Positions 17,954 to 27,165 of a stretch of DNA of 64,000 bases are shown here, one piece after another. Each line of letters opens with the position of its first letter. Positions within the stretch are counted from its first letter, which is position 1. The notes beneath the pieces were generated by a model. It was given only the letters and a program-made list of their open reading frames with translations, made no database searches and was not told the DNA's origin. The DNA is from a virus (lineage: Duplodnaviria > Caudoviricetes): the IMG/VR virus record IMGVR_UViG_3300009678_000059, positions 10,165 to 74,164 of that record. The stretch is one strand, 5' to 3'. Made by a program: the position numbers and the translations under genes.

Positions 17954-20395
17954 ATGACAGAGAGCGATAACAAGGTTAAAATAAGCGCAAATGTGGCCTA
18001 TCCGTCACAGTTGGCTCCATACGAGGAAAAGAAACAGACTGAATGGGGACTACAGTTGGCTAGGTCGATTGAATCTGATTGGTTTTACGGCTTCACCAAT
18101 GCCGGCGGAGTATTGAATTCAAAGTTCAACACCCAACGCCAGGACATGCTTGAAAGAAGACTGTATGCTAAAGGCCTGCAGTCGATGGATAAATACAAGG
18201 ATAATTTCAAGGCGAATGGCGACAAGTCATTTTTGAATTTGTCCACCAAGCCGATTTCGATTATTCCAAAATTAGTTGACATAGTTGTAAACGGAATGGT
18301 TGACAGGGGCTATGCTATCAAGGCAACTTCTGTGGATCCGACAGGTTACGATAAGAGACTTGCTTTCAGACAGGCTGTTGAGACAGACATGGTTGCCAAG
18401 GAATTTATAGACAAGGCGAAGGAAATGTACGGGGTTGATGTTTCGGCATCGCCTATGCAGGAGCTTCCGGAATCTGAGGAGGAGCTGAATCTTTACATGA
18501 ACCTTACCTACAAGCAGGAGATTGAGATGGCTCAGGAACTGGCCATTGACCAGGTGCTTACAGAAAACAGATACAACGATACCACGGATTCCCTGATAAA
18601 AAGAGACCTGACAGTTTTGGGGGTTGCATGGGCGAAACACAAATTTGTTCCGGAAAGAGGGATTGTTGTGGAGCATGTGAATGCCGAGAACAAGGTGCAG
18701 TCGTATTCTGAAGACCCTTATTTCAGGGACTGCTTCTACCATGGTGAATACAAGACAGTGCCTATAAGCGAAGTTTTGACAGAATTCCAATGGCTGAATG
18801 AGCCTAAATACGAAGAACAGAAAAGGCAGGTTACAGAATCAAGTCAGGCATGGTGGGATTACAACCTTATGGCAGAGAACGACAGGATTAAAGGAACCAC
18901 GAATCTTTTATACTTCACTTACAAGACCACAAGAACCAGAGCAAGTAAGATTAAGGAAAAGAAAACCGGAGAGAAGATTGTTTCGAAGGCATATTCTGAA
19001 TTCGACGAAAAAGCCCTGAAGAAAGGTCAGAAAAACGATTTCAAGAGAGTAGCTGTAGAGGAAGAAATAATCTTTGAAGGAGTTTACGTGCTTGGAACAA
19101 ACCTGATGCTTAAATGGGAATGTGCCGAGAATATGATACGTCCGAAGTCTAACAGACAAAAAGTAATAGACCAATATATAGGAGTGGCCCCAAACAAGGA
19201 AAGAGGATATATTGATTCTCCGGTTGCGAGGATGATACCTGTTGAGGACAAGCTGAACATACTTGAGCTTAAGGCAGAGCAGATTATTCAGAAAATCAAG
19301 CCCGACGGATTCATCATTGACCCGGACGCTATTGCGGAACTTGATTTTGGCAAAGGGAATGTGCTGACGGTTCAGAATATGGTTGACATGTTCGAGCAGA
19401 CGGGTAGTATTTTTGCGAGAAGCTACAATTCAGGCGGCGATCAGATGTTTTCAAAACCAATCACCGAGCTTAAAACAGGTGACTCACTGGCAAAACTGTC
19501 CTCGCTTATACAACTGAAGGCTCAGTACATGGACCAGATGAGAGACGTGATAGGTCTGAACAAGGTTTCGGACGCTTCGACTCCAGACAAGGAAAGTCTG
19601 GTGGGAGTTCAGAAATTAGCCTCGTTAAATTCAAACATAGCCACAAGACATATCCTGAGAGGGGCAAGCGATATTACAAAGAGAATGGCTGAGGCTATCA
19701 CTTACAGGGTTGCTGACCTTTTGAAGTATTCTGACTTAAAAGACGATTTCGCTATGAAAATCGGAACACAGTCGGTACAGATACTGGATTCTGTGAAAAA
19801 TCTTCACCTGCATGATTTCGCCATTCACCTTGACCTTGAACTTGACGACGAGGAAAGAGCAAAACTAGAAGCGGATTTAACTCTTGAAATACAACGTGGA
19901 ACGCTCTCTTTCGAGGACAAATATAAAATTCTCGCCATAAAGAACTTTAAATACGCCGTAGAGTACGCCTCGATACTTAGGTCCAAGCGAGAGAAAAAGA
20001 ACCAAGAAATTAAGGCTCAGGAGTACAAGATACAGGCAGACGAAAACATCAGAGCAGCTACAGCGGCCAATGAGTCCAAGATGCAGACAGAGCAGGCTAT
20101 AGGTCAGATCAAAATGATGCTTCAGCAGGCTGTGAACGAAGGGGAAATCAATAAAGAGCGTGTTCGCGGAGAAGAAGAAAGAAAGACTGTACAGGTAAAA
20201 GGTCAGTACGACATCGAGATCGCTCAGATGAACGGCGGAATTCAGGTTCACAAGCAGAATATGGCTGAGGACAGGAAAGATGACAGAACAAAACTTCAGG
20301 CTACTCAGCAATCAGAACTGATTGACCAACGTGCTAAAGACAAGGGGCCGAAGGATTTTGAGGATGATTTTGACCTTGGAGATTTCGAGATATAA
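17954..20395 (+). CDS. portal protein
   Basis: 813 aa after terminase; RRLYAKGLQSMDKYK, PISIIPKLVDIVVNGM, MRDVIGLN...DASTPDK.SLVGVQKLA; coiled-coil C-terminus. Confidence 0.88.
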   Translation: MTESDNKVKISANVAYPSQLAPYEEKKQTEWGLQLARSIESDWFYGFTNAGGVLNSKFNTQRQDMLERRLYAKGLQSMDKYKDNFKANGDKSFLNLSTKPISIIPKLVDIVVNGMVDRGYAIKATSVDPTGYDKRLAFRQAVETDMVAKEFIDKAKEMYGVDVSASPMQELPESEEELNLYMNLTYKQEIEMAQELAIDQVLTENRYNDTTDSLIKRDLTVLGVAWAKHKFVPERGIVVEHVNAENKVQSYSEDPYFRDCFYHGEYKTVPISEVLTEFQWLNEPKYEEQKRQVTESSQAWWDYNLMAENDRIKGTTNLLYFTYKTTRTRASKIKEKKTGEKIVSKAYSEFDEKALKKGQKNDFKRVAVEEEIIFEGVYVLGTNLMLKWECAENMIRPKSNRQKVIDQYIGVAPNKERGYIDSPVARMIPVEDKLNILELKAEQIIQKIKPDGFIIDPDAIAELDFGKGNVLTVQNMVDMFEQTGSIFARSYNSGGDQMFSKPITELKTGDSLAKLSSLIQLKAQYMDQMRDVIGLNKVSDASTPDKESLVGVQKLASLNSNIATRHILRGASDITKRMAEAITYRVADLLKYSDLKDDFAMKIGTQSVQILDSVKNLHLHDFAIHLDLELDDEERAKLEADLTLEIQRGTLSFEDKYKILAIKNFKYAVEYASILRSKREKKNQEIKAQEYKIQADENIRAATAANESKMQTEQAIGQIKMMLQQAVNEGEINKERVRGEEERKTVQVKGQYDIEIAQMNGGIQVHKQNMAEDRKDDRTKLQATQQSELIDQRAKDKGPKDFEDDFDLGDFEI

Positions 20396-20403
20396 ACCAA
20401 TAT

Positions 20404-20446
20404 GGCCGATATGCCTCTCGACGAAGCACACTTTATCGGCCTTTTT
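20404..20446 (+). terminator. intrinsic terminator after portal
   Basis: GGCCGATA...TATCGGCC stem followed by TTTTT. Confidence 0.7.
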
Positions 20447-20499
20447 CTACTTAAATAGACGATTTCTATAAGAAAAACCTTTACGATAGATTTTTTTTA

Positions 20500-20507
20500 T
20501 ACTTTTG
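20500..20507 (+). promoter_or_regulatory. -7 box (TACTTTTG) for the scaffold-capsid operon
   Basis: TAnnTTTG 33 nt before ATG 20541. Confidence 0.65.
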
Positions 20508-20540
20508 TTGTAATAATGCAATTAAATCTAAATCAATAAT

Positions 20541-21686
20541 ATGCCAAACGAAGAACAGATTGGGACTGAGGAAAATTTGGAAACTCAAATTGAGAATCAG
20601 GAACCGGTAAAACAATGGGGTGTAGTTCGCGAGGATGAGCCATCGAGTTACGCAGGAGAGAAGCTGACGATATTAGGAGAGGATAATCCGGACGATACGG
20701 TAATCACTCCGCCTGCAACTAACGAAGAAGTGGTTACACCACCTGCATCGACAGAAGAAATAGTTACTCCGCCTGCAACTGAAATTCCTGCGGCAACAAC
20801 ACAAGCGGAAATTGACGACATAGCTGTGTTGAACTATTTAAAGGAAAAAGGATTTTCTGCTGAGAAGCTGGAAGACCTGAAACCTAAAGAGTCTATACAA
20901 CTGGATCCGGAAATGGAAAAGTACCTAGAGTACAAGAAAGACACCGGAAGAAGTTAAGCAGACTTCATGGAATTACAAAAGGATTGGACAGCAGTGGATA
21001 AAGGAGACATCCTTATGCAGAATCTGCGAAATGAAAATCCTACGTTGAACCAAAAACAATTAGAGTTTTTGTTCAACAAAGAATACAGTTTTGACGCCGA
21101 CCTGGATGATGACAACGAAATCACCATGAAGGAAATAAACATAGAGCGTGATTACCAGAGAGGTCTTAGGACATTGGAGAGTCAGAAGGAGCAATACAAA
21201 GCAGTCAGAGGTTCTGATGAAGGTATCCCGGAAGAATACAAAAATGCCAAGACAGCGATGGACAACATGCTCAAACAGCAGGAGGAAGCAAGGACTACTT
21301 ATGAGAGTACGATTCAGGACTTTCAGGCAAAAACTGATGCGGTATTTACCAACAACTTTGAAGGTTTCGAAGTAAAAGTAGGTGAGGAATCATTCAGAAT
21401 CAAGCCGGAAGACGTACAGAGTGCAAAAAACACTTTGTCTGACCTGAACAACTTCAATACGAAGTTCTTTGACCAAACAGGAAAACTGACAGATCCGTCG
21501 GGTTATTACAAGGCATTGCATTTTGCTATGAACGCTGATAAGGTTGCGGAACACTTCATTAATCTGGGTAAATCCATGAGAGCTGAAGAGGAAGACCGCG
21601 AATCTAAAAATATCAAAGTTTCAGGGCCTGGCAATATCTCAAATAACCTTGGAGCATCGGGCAAATCCTGGAAAGTCGTTAGCTAA
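20541..21686 (+). CDS. capsid scaffolding protein containing one in-frame TAA (20955-20957)
   Basis: ORFs 20541-20957 and 20967-21686 are in the same frame: ...YLEYKKDTGRS*ADFMELQKDW...; acidic, located between portal and MCP. Confidence 0.75.
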
Positions 21687-21732
21687 ATCTCGCGAAAAGT
21701 ATTTTTTATAAAACGACAAAAAACAAGAACAC

Positions 21733-23043
21733 ATGGCTTTACAGGCAGCACCAGGAGTAGTATATACTCCAACAGCAACTAAAACTCCAACACCAACGAA
21801 CTTTATCGCTGATGCAGAGTACAATTTATTAACTCAGTACATTCCTGAATTGGAATCTGAAATCACTAAGAGATTCAACGACCAGTCAGTAACAGGTATG
21901 TTGGAAGCATTAGGAAAAGAGTCTTCTTTCCAAGCGGATTTAATCAAATGGAACGAAGAAGGTCGTTTGACTCAACTTGCTACTGCGGTAACTCGTGCTT
22001 CAAACGTATTTACTTCTGTGGGTCACACTTTCAGAGTAGGTGAGACTATCGTTGTAAGAGACGTAGCAGGAGCATCATTGAGACAAGGGCAAATCACTGC
22101 TGTAACTGCTGATACATTCACAGCTTTATGCGGACACGCTTCAGGATGGACTGCGTCAGGAACAACAGGTATTATCGTTTATGCTGACTCTAACGAATTT
22201 GCTAAAGGATCTACAGGTTTCACTGAATCTTTGAACTCACAAGTTACTCAGTTCACACAGGCTCCGGTTATCATCAAGGAAATCTTGAAAGAATCTCGTA
22301 CAAACTTAGCTCTTAGAACTTGGGTTGATACAGGAGAAGGATTCTTGTGGTACTACAAAAACCTGAATGATACTACAATGCGTTTCAAAAATGCTTGTGA
22401 GAGAAAACTTGTTTTAGGTCAAAAATGGGCAGGAGATTTAGGTACAGCAGGTGTTAAAGGTACTGAAGGATTATTAGCTGCTGCTTCAGCAGGAAATATC
22501 TTTGCAGGACCTGCTTCTGACTTAGATGATTTCGACGAAATTGTTGACCGTTTGAATGCACAAGGCGGAATCAGCGAAAACTACATGTACAACACTTCTG
22601 CTCACAACAGATTGATTGACCGTATGTTGAAGGCTGAAAACGTAACAGGTTCTTCTTGGGGTGCTTTTGACAACAAGGAAACAGGATTGAAATTAGGATT
22701 TAAAGATTTCAACTACGGAAACTACAACTTCTACAAATCAAGCTGGAGATTATTGGATGATCCAATGGGTGAAGGTTCAGGATTAGGAGCTACCAAATAT
22801 CACGGACTTATGATTCCTTCAGGATCTAAAAAAGTTTACGATGTTATGAAAGGTGAGGCTGCAACAAACCCATTCTTGCACTTGAAATACAGAAGCTCTG
22901 CTGAAGTAAACAGAAAGTACGAAATGGCAATCAGAGACTGGAAACAAGGAACTCATACGTCTGACGTTAGAGAAACTGAATTTCTTACAGAAAGAGCTTT
23001 GGTTCTTACAGGAAGAAATAACTGTATTGTTTTTCAAGGATAG
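21733..23043 (+). CDS. major capsid protein
   Basis: 436 aa after the scaffold; strongly biased, highly expressed-type codon usage; QYIPEL...RF..QS..GML, KWNEEGRL, TEGLLAAA, FLTER.LV..G.NN...F. Confidence 0.88.
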   Translation: MALQAAPGVVYTPTATKTPTPTNFIADAEYNLLTQYIPELESEITKRFNDQSVTGMLEALGKESSFQADLIKWNEEGRLTQLATAVTRASNVFTSVGHTFRVGETIVVRDVAGASLRQGQITAVTADTFTALCGHASGWTASGTTGIIVYADSNEFAKGSTGFTESLNSQVTQFTQAPVIIKEILKESRTNLALRTWVDTGEGFLWYYKNLNDTTMRFKNACERKLVLGQKWAGDLGTAGVKGTEGLLAAASAGNIFAGPASDLDDFDEIVDRLNAQGGISENYMYNTSAHNRLIDRMLKAENVTGSSWGAFDNKETGLKLGFKDFNYGNYNFYKSSWRLLDDPMGEGSGLGATKYHGLMIPSGSKKVYDVMKGEAATNPFLHLKYRSSAEVNRKYEMAIRDWKQGTHTSDVRETEFLTERALVLTGRNNCIVFQG

Positions 23044-23074
23044 AACTATTTGTTTTTCAAGTAGTTGTAAAATT

Positions 23075-23103
23075 AAACCCACTCAATTCGAGTGGGTTTT
23101 TTT
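23075..23103. terminator. bidirectional intrinsic terminator
   Basis: AAACCCACT-CAATTCG-AGTGGGTTTTTTT between MCP and the convergent HNH. Confidence 0.85.
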
Positions 23104-23767
23104 ATATATGCGTCCATGTTTTTCTTTTTAAAATGTTGCATACAGTTGCTTTTGATACGCCAAATCTTCCAGCTATTTCGCCAAGAGAAATCGAGTATCC
23201 TATTTCACGTATATCCAACACCTCGCTTTCAGTAACTTTAGAAGCTCCGTTTTTTGATCCACTGGGCGGTTTTCTCAAACCCATTTCCCACGAATGCTGT
23301 ATATTTTCTTCATTAGTGCACCATTCTAAATTCCAATCATTATTATTTGTCTTGTCTCCGTCCTTATGGTTTACTTCGGGTAAATTAAGTGGATTTGGGA
23401 CAAAAGCCATTGCAACTGCTCTGTGTATTAAAATAAACTTATGCTTCTTATTATATTTTATTGAGGTAGCTAGGTATCCGTTTTCGGTCAATTGAGGAAC
23501 CCTTAATCTATTTGTTGGAAATCCAGCAACCGATATTCTTCTAATTCGGCCTGTATTGCTAGTTACAAAAGTATCCTCCATTCCTACACTTGGAAGCCAA
23601 ATCTCTCCTGGTAAATCAGCGATTCCAACCACCCCTTTCCTCGTAGTATTTCTTTCTACGTCGCACTTTTTGCAAGCGGCTATTCTTTTATCTGAGCCTC
23701 TCCTTCTGAAATGAAACAAGAATAAAGGTTTCTCAACACCACACTTTGTGCAGATTTTCGTTTCCAT
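23102..23767 (-). CDS. HNH homing endonuclease (paralog of 14413-15072)
   Basis: CTKC..CKKC; EIWLPSVGMEDTFVTSNTG; IHRAVAMAFVPNPLNLPEVNHKDGDKTNNNDWNLEW; C-terminal HTH. Confidence 0.92.
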   Translation of the reverse strand: METKICTKCGVEKPLFLFHFRRRGSDKRIAACKKCDVERNTTRKGVVGIADLPGEIWLPSVGMEDTFVTSNTGRIRRISVAGFPTNRLRVPQLTENGYLATSIKYNKKHKFILIHRAVAMAFVPNPLNLPEVNHKDGDKTNNNDWNLEWCTNEENIQHSWEMGLRKPPSGSKNGASKVTESEVLDIREIGYSISLGEIAGRFGVSKATVCNILKRKTWTHI

Positions 23768-23933
23768 ATTTTACGAATTCAAGGCTTTTGCGATTTCGTT
23801 GTACGCATTCATTTGCTCAATATATTCTTCATCTTTTACTTTTCCTTCCCTACGAGCGATTATTAAATCTCTAATAGCTACTCTAATTGTTTCGATTACT
23901 TCTTCTTTGTTCATGGTTTTCTGTTTTTATTAA
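23748..23933 (-). CDS. hypothetical protein
   Basis: 61 aa, overlaps its neighbours in the antisense operon. Confidence 0.55.
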
Positions 23934-24319
23934 ATTCCTATTTGTTTTTTTGCTGATTCGGTTAGGGTTATGCCTGTACCTACTAAATCTTCAATCTTAT
24001 AACAGCCTTTTAGTATTTTCCAATCCTCAAATCTAACAGTCCAAACTGCCCAATCCTCAAACAAAACCTTTTCTTTGGCTTGTTGATAAATCGGTTGTTC
24101 TTTTTCCCATCTATCCCATTCCTCATCTGTTGCAGGAGATAATGGTTTACCTAACAAAACATTTCCCTCATCATCTACGCAAACAAACATTTCAAGTTTT
24201 AACGGCTTTTTTAGGAATAATGCGTAGTTTATTATGTTGATTGAAAAAGCGTTTGCTTCTCCTTTGCATTTTAGCCTTTGCTCTAAAACAAAATCGGTCA
24301 TTGATATTAATTTATTCAT
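23930..24319 (-). CDS. hypothetical protein (Flavobacterium-phage-type)
   Basis: MNKLISMTDFVL...NYALFLKKPL.LEMFV...YQQAKEKVLFE...LTESAKKQIG. Confidence 0.7.
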   Translation of the reverse strand: MNKLISMTDFVLEQRLKCKGEANAFSINIINYALFLKKPLKLEMFVCVDDEGNVLLGKPLSPATDEEWDRWEKEQPIYQQAKEKVLFEDWAVWTVRFEDWKILKGCYKIEDLVGTGITLTESAKKQIGI

Positions 24320-24563
24320 CTCTCAGTAGTTTTTGCAGTTCTCGTCTCCTATCAACTAATTTCTCATCGTTATTACCGCATAGTTGCAGCTCATATAGTT
24401 TTCCTTCGATTTGGTCAAGTTCCTGTTGTAGTTTTTCTTTCATATATTTTTCTTTCATGTTTGGTTTATATTCTTTGATACATTTTAGACAGTAGGCGAA
24501 TATTCCGTTCTCGCTGTTTTTTAATGATGGTTTTGGGATTTTGCAGGCGCAGGTTTCTTTCAT
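24312..24563 (-). CDS. hypothetical protein with a CxC...CxxC zinc-binding N-terminus
   Basis: 83 aa; CACK...CLKC, then coiled coil. Confidence 0.55.
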   Translation of the reverse strand: MKETCACKIPKPSLKNSENGIFAYCLKCIKEYKPNMKEKYMKEKLQQELDQIEGKLYELQLCGNNDEKLVDRRRELQKLLRDE

Positions 24564-24586
24564 GGCTCTTTCTCGATTGTATTTGG

Positions 24587-24835
24587 TTAATAGTTATTTA
24601 TATCGAATGTGATGTCTCGGCCTTTCCAACTTTCATCGACTTCTGCGGTTGAAGCCCAAATTAAATCCGGATAAGTTGATTCAAATACTCTTACTGCGAC
24701 GCTTCTGTTTTGCTCTTTGGTTTCTATTATTTTATAGCCTAATAAATCTCCATTATGGCGTGTGTACAATACTTTGTAGTAGTATCGCTTAGACAGTTTT
24801 GCTACCCATTGACTGAATGTTAGTTTTGGTTCCAT
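24587..24835 (-). CDS. hypothetical protein
   Basis: 82 aa, coupled to the upstream ORF (TAATG). Confidence 0.6.
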   Translation of the reverse strand: MEPKLTFSQWVAKLSKRYYYKVLYTRHNGDLLGYKIIETKEQNRSVAVRVFESTYPDLIWASTAEVDESWKGRDITFDINNY

Positions 24836-25065
24836 TATTTTTCTCTGATTATTTCAGCGTTAAAATACATGGCTAAATTCTCAACTTCCTGATTGAAGTC
24901 TGCTTCGTTTCTCCTTGTGTTACATAAGACAATAGTTCGTTCTTCACCCGACTTCCTTATTAAGCAATAAGCGAGAGCGTCTTTATCGTAGCTGTCTACG
25001 CCTATGAAGAATTCTTCTTTTATTTGCCCTAGTCCTGATTTGTCGATGTCAAATATTGTTTTCAT
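24835..25065 (-). CDS. hypothetical protein, first gene after leader D
   Basis: ATG 25065 (MKTIFDIDK...); the GTG at 25104 lies inside the RNA hairpin. Confidence 0.6.
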   Translation of the reverse strand: MKTIFDIDKSGLGQIKEEFFIGVDSYDKDALAYCLIRKSGEERTIVLCNTRRNEADFNQEVENLAMYFNAEIIREK

Positions 25066-25085
25066 AATTTCTGTATAAAAAGAAA

Positions 25086-25177
25086 AGCCAACTATAGCTC
25101 TCACACTATAATTGACTTTCTTGATTAGTCGTTATTCCTATTGACTAATAATTTCTTAAAGGCTAGTGAGAGATAGC
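25086..25177 (-). ncRNA. kissing-loop 5' leader, copy D (extra hairpin in the linker)
   Basis: Sense: GCUA[UCUCUCAC]UAGC ... AUUAGUC(12 nt)GACUAAU ... AGUCAAUUAUAG[UGUGAGAG]CUAUAGUUGGCU-UUUCUUUUU. Loops pair CUCUCAC/GUGAGAG. Confidence 0.7.
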
Positions 25178-25183
25178 TTGGGA

Positions 25184-25191
25184 CAAATGTA
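25184..25191 (-). promoter_or_regulatory. -7 box (TACATTTG) for leader D operon
   Basis: TAnnTTTG 6 nt upstream of P1. Confidence 0.7.
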
Positions 25192-25264
25192 ACAAGAACT
25201 TTTGGTGAAATCCAATCGTATAGAGAAATAATATTTAACAATACTTGGTGATAGATTTTTCTTA

Positions 25265-25272
25265 TATCTTTG
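25265..25272 (+). promoter_or_regulatory. -7 box (TATCTTTG) restarting late transcription
   Basis: TAnnTTTG 25 nt before ATG 25298. Confidence 0.65.
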
Positions 25273-25297
25273 TTCCTATAATCTAATTTAAATCAAA

Positions 25298-26275
25298 ATG
25301 TCAGAAAACAAAAAAGCGCCTCTTTTTGGAAAGAAGGTTGAAACGGAAAAAGAAACAGTTATCCCGGAAGTAAAAGTTACGGAAACTCCGATGATTACAA
25401 TGTCGATAGATGAGTTGAATGCTCTTATTGACTCAAAACTGAATGCTGCCAAAACTCCGGAAGTAAAGCAGGAGAGAGTAGTTTCAAAGGAGGAGAAGAC
25501 TATCAGAAACCACATGTCAGATGACATCCCTGAATTACGAGATTTCCCTGTGAGAGAGAGAATTTATGTCTTATGTGACGGAAGTAAACCGGAAGCTCGT
25601 GAAATCAAGAGTCGCCATAAGCCTGGAAGTCCGTTACAATATTTCAATAGAGAAACTAACGAAAGTCACGCATTATTCTTCTCAATGACTCAGGCATCGT
25701 TTTACAAAACTGAACACAAAGGAGACTCGAAGGTTGACCACATCTTTATGAAAGACGGTATGCTTACAACCTATCCGGAAGATGTAAAATTACAATCGTT
25801 CCTTGAAATACATCCCGATAATGAAAAAAATGGTGGTTCGTTATTTATGGAATATTTGCCAGGTAAAGAGGCTGAGAATGATTTGGAAAGCGAAGACCTT
25901 TTGTTTGCCGCACAAAAACTAGCAAGAGAACTTTCTTTTATCCGTCAAGATGCTGTAGCAAGGCTTTTATGTAAAAACTACAAAGAGTCATGGGAACCCG
26001 CAGAAATGAAATTAGCTTTGTTTAACGAAGTAAAAAGATCTGCTAAGGAGTTTATGAAGTTGGCGAACGATCCTAGATTAGAGATCAAAGGAATTGCACG
26101 TACTGCTGTGCAAAGAGGTTTTATCGAGTATAAAGGTTACAAGTTTTGGAATGACCAAGGTGAAGTGATTGTAGATGTGCCACGTAATTCAAACGAATAT
26201 GAAGTATTGGCTGATTATTTCCTAAGCAACCAAGGTCGTAATTACTATGAATACTTGGTTAACTCAATCAATTAG
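25298..26275 (+). CDS. conserved post-capsid protein of Bacteroidota podophages (probable virion/head-completion protein)
   Basis: ERIYVL...SRH...PLQYFN.ET...ALFF...Q...KDGML...DVKLQSFLEIHP.N. Confidence 0.7.
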   Translation: MSENKKAPLFGKKVETEKETVIPEVKVTETPMITMSIDELNALIDSKLNAAKTPEVKQERVVSKEEKTIRNHMSDDIPELRDFPVRERIYVLCDGSKPEAREIKSRHKPGSPLQYFNRETNESHALFFSMTQASFYKTEHKGDSKVDHIFMKDGMLTTYPEDVKLQSFLEIHPDNEKNGGSLFMEYLPGKEAENDLESEDLLFAAQKLARELSFIRQDAVARLLCKNYKESWEPAEMKLALFNEVKRSAKEFMKLANDPRLEIKGIARTAVQRGFIEYKGYKFWNDQGEVIVDVPRNSNEYEVLADYFLSNQGRNYYEYLVNSIN

Positions 26276-27018
26276 TCAGTAATCTCAACTTTATAATTCA
26301 TCAAAGCGTTGTAGCACTCCGGTGTTATGACGCTTTTCCATTTCTCTGCCAACTCTTTAATGTAGCTTTCTTTAGCTATTTTATACACTTGAAATGCTTC
26401 TTCAATCGTTCTGAACAAGCCTAAGTAAATACGCATATCACCCTTGTTCAGTCTAGCTTGAAATCTATTCTTTTTCTTAACAATTCCAATGGGTAAGTCG
26501 GTTTTTTTATCACGTTTGGTTAATGATGTATTTATTTCGTGAGGAACAAAAACACATGTTTCAGGAGAGTATATTTTATTCCATTTCACAATTATATCTT
26601 TGTCTAGGTCACAATCTTCTATTTGGTTTTCCTCATACCATTTTGCAAATACTTGATAGTTATGCCATCTTTCATCTACAGAGCAACCAATGTATGATGG
26701 TCTTTTTTTAAGAGATTTTTCGCTATAACATCTTTGAATCATACTTTGCCAAGTACTATATGATTTTGTGGTCTCACCGTTAACCTTAGTTCTGTATTTA
26801 CCTTCGCCAAGGTATCCCATTCCGAAAACTGACCTATGAAACACATTTCGGACTACTCCTCTTTTTAGATTTGCAATTTGCATTCCAGTCATTGTGTGAC
26901 CACCTATATCAAACTTAATAGTGCAATCAAGTGCGCCAAAGAATTTAACTATCTCAATCCAATATCCTTCATTGGTTAAAAACCTTTCTCCTGTCCTGTC
27001 TATAAATTTTCCTTGCAT
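26272..27018 (-). CDS. HNH-type homing endonuclease (T4 MobD-like, AP2-like C-terminus)
   Basis: YSTWQSMIQRCY, YIGCSVDERWHNYQVFAKWY, LDKDII..NKIYSPETCVFVP.EIN, YLGLFRTIEEAF. Confidence 0.85.
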   Translation of the reverse strand: MQGKFIDRTGERFLTNEGYWIEIVKFFGALDCTIKFDIGGHTMTGMQIANLKRGVVRNVFHRSVFGMGYLGEGKYRTKVNGETTKSYSTWQSMIQRCYSEKSLKKRPSYIGCSVDERWHNYQVFAKWYEENQIEDCDLDKDIIVKWNKIYSPETCVFVPHEINTSLTKRDKKTDLPIGIVKKKNRFQARLNKGDMRIYLGLFRTIEEAFQVYKIAKESYIKELAEKWKSVITPECYNALMNYKVEITD

Positions 27019-27029
27019 AAAATAAAAAT

Positions 27030-27101
27030 ACCCTCAAAAAAGGGTAGGACTCCTTAGATGAGGGTATAGTATAATGTTTTTGACAGCCGTCCTACTTGCT
27101 G
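27030..27101 (-). ncRNA. kissing-loop 5' leader, copy C
   Basis: Sense: CAGC[AAGUAGGACG]GCUG ... ACCCUCA-UCU-AAGG[AGUCCUAC]CCUU-UUU-UGAGGGU-AUUUUU. Loops pair GUAGGAC/GUCCUAC. Confidence 0.75.
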
Positions 27102-27105
27102 AGAA

Positions 27106-27113
27106 CAAATATA
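27106..27113 (-). promoter_or_regulatory. -7 box (TATATTTG) for leader C/HNH
   Basis: TAnnTTTG 4 nt upstream of P1. Confidence 0.75.
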
Positions 27114-27138
27114 CGAAGTTACTAAGCAAAAAAAACAT

Positions 27139-27146
27139 TAATTTTG
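27139..27146 (+). promoter_or_regulatory. -7 box (TAATTTTG) for tail genes
   Basis: TAnnTTTG 19 nt before ATG 27166. Confidence 0.65.
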
Positions 27147-27165
27147 TTAAAACAAACACAACAAT

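Noticed and set aside
20404-20446. Large-loop hairpin after the portal as a fifth kissing-loop element
   Set aside because: There is no upstream P1 hairpin or promoter; it is best read as a plain terminator.
20955-20957. Genome-wide stop-codon reassignment
   Set aside because: TAA, TAG and TGA all end well-defined genes elsewhere (MCP TAG, terminase TAA); only one in-frame stop was seen.
23768-23800. A kissing-loop leader directly upstream of HNH 23102-23767
   Set aside because: None is present; the upstream sequence is coding, and the leader lies at the head of the operon (25086-25177).
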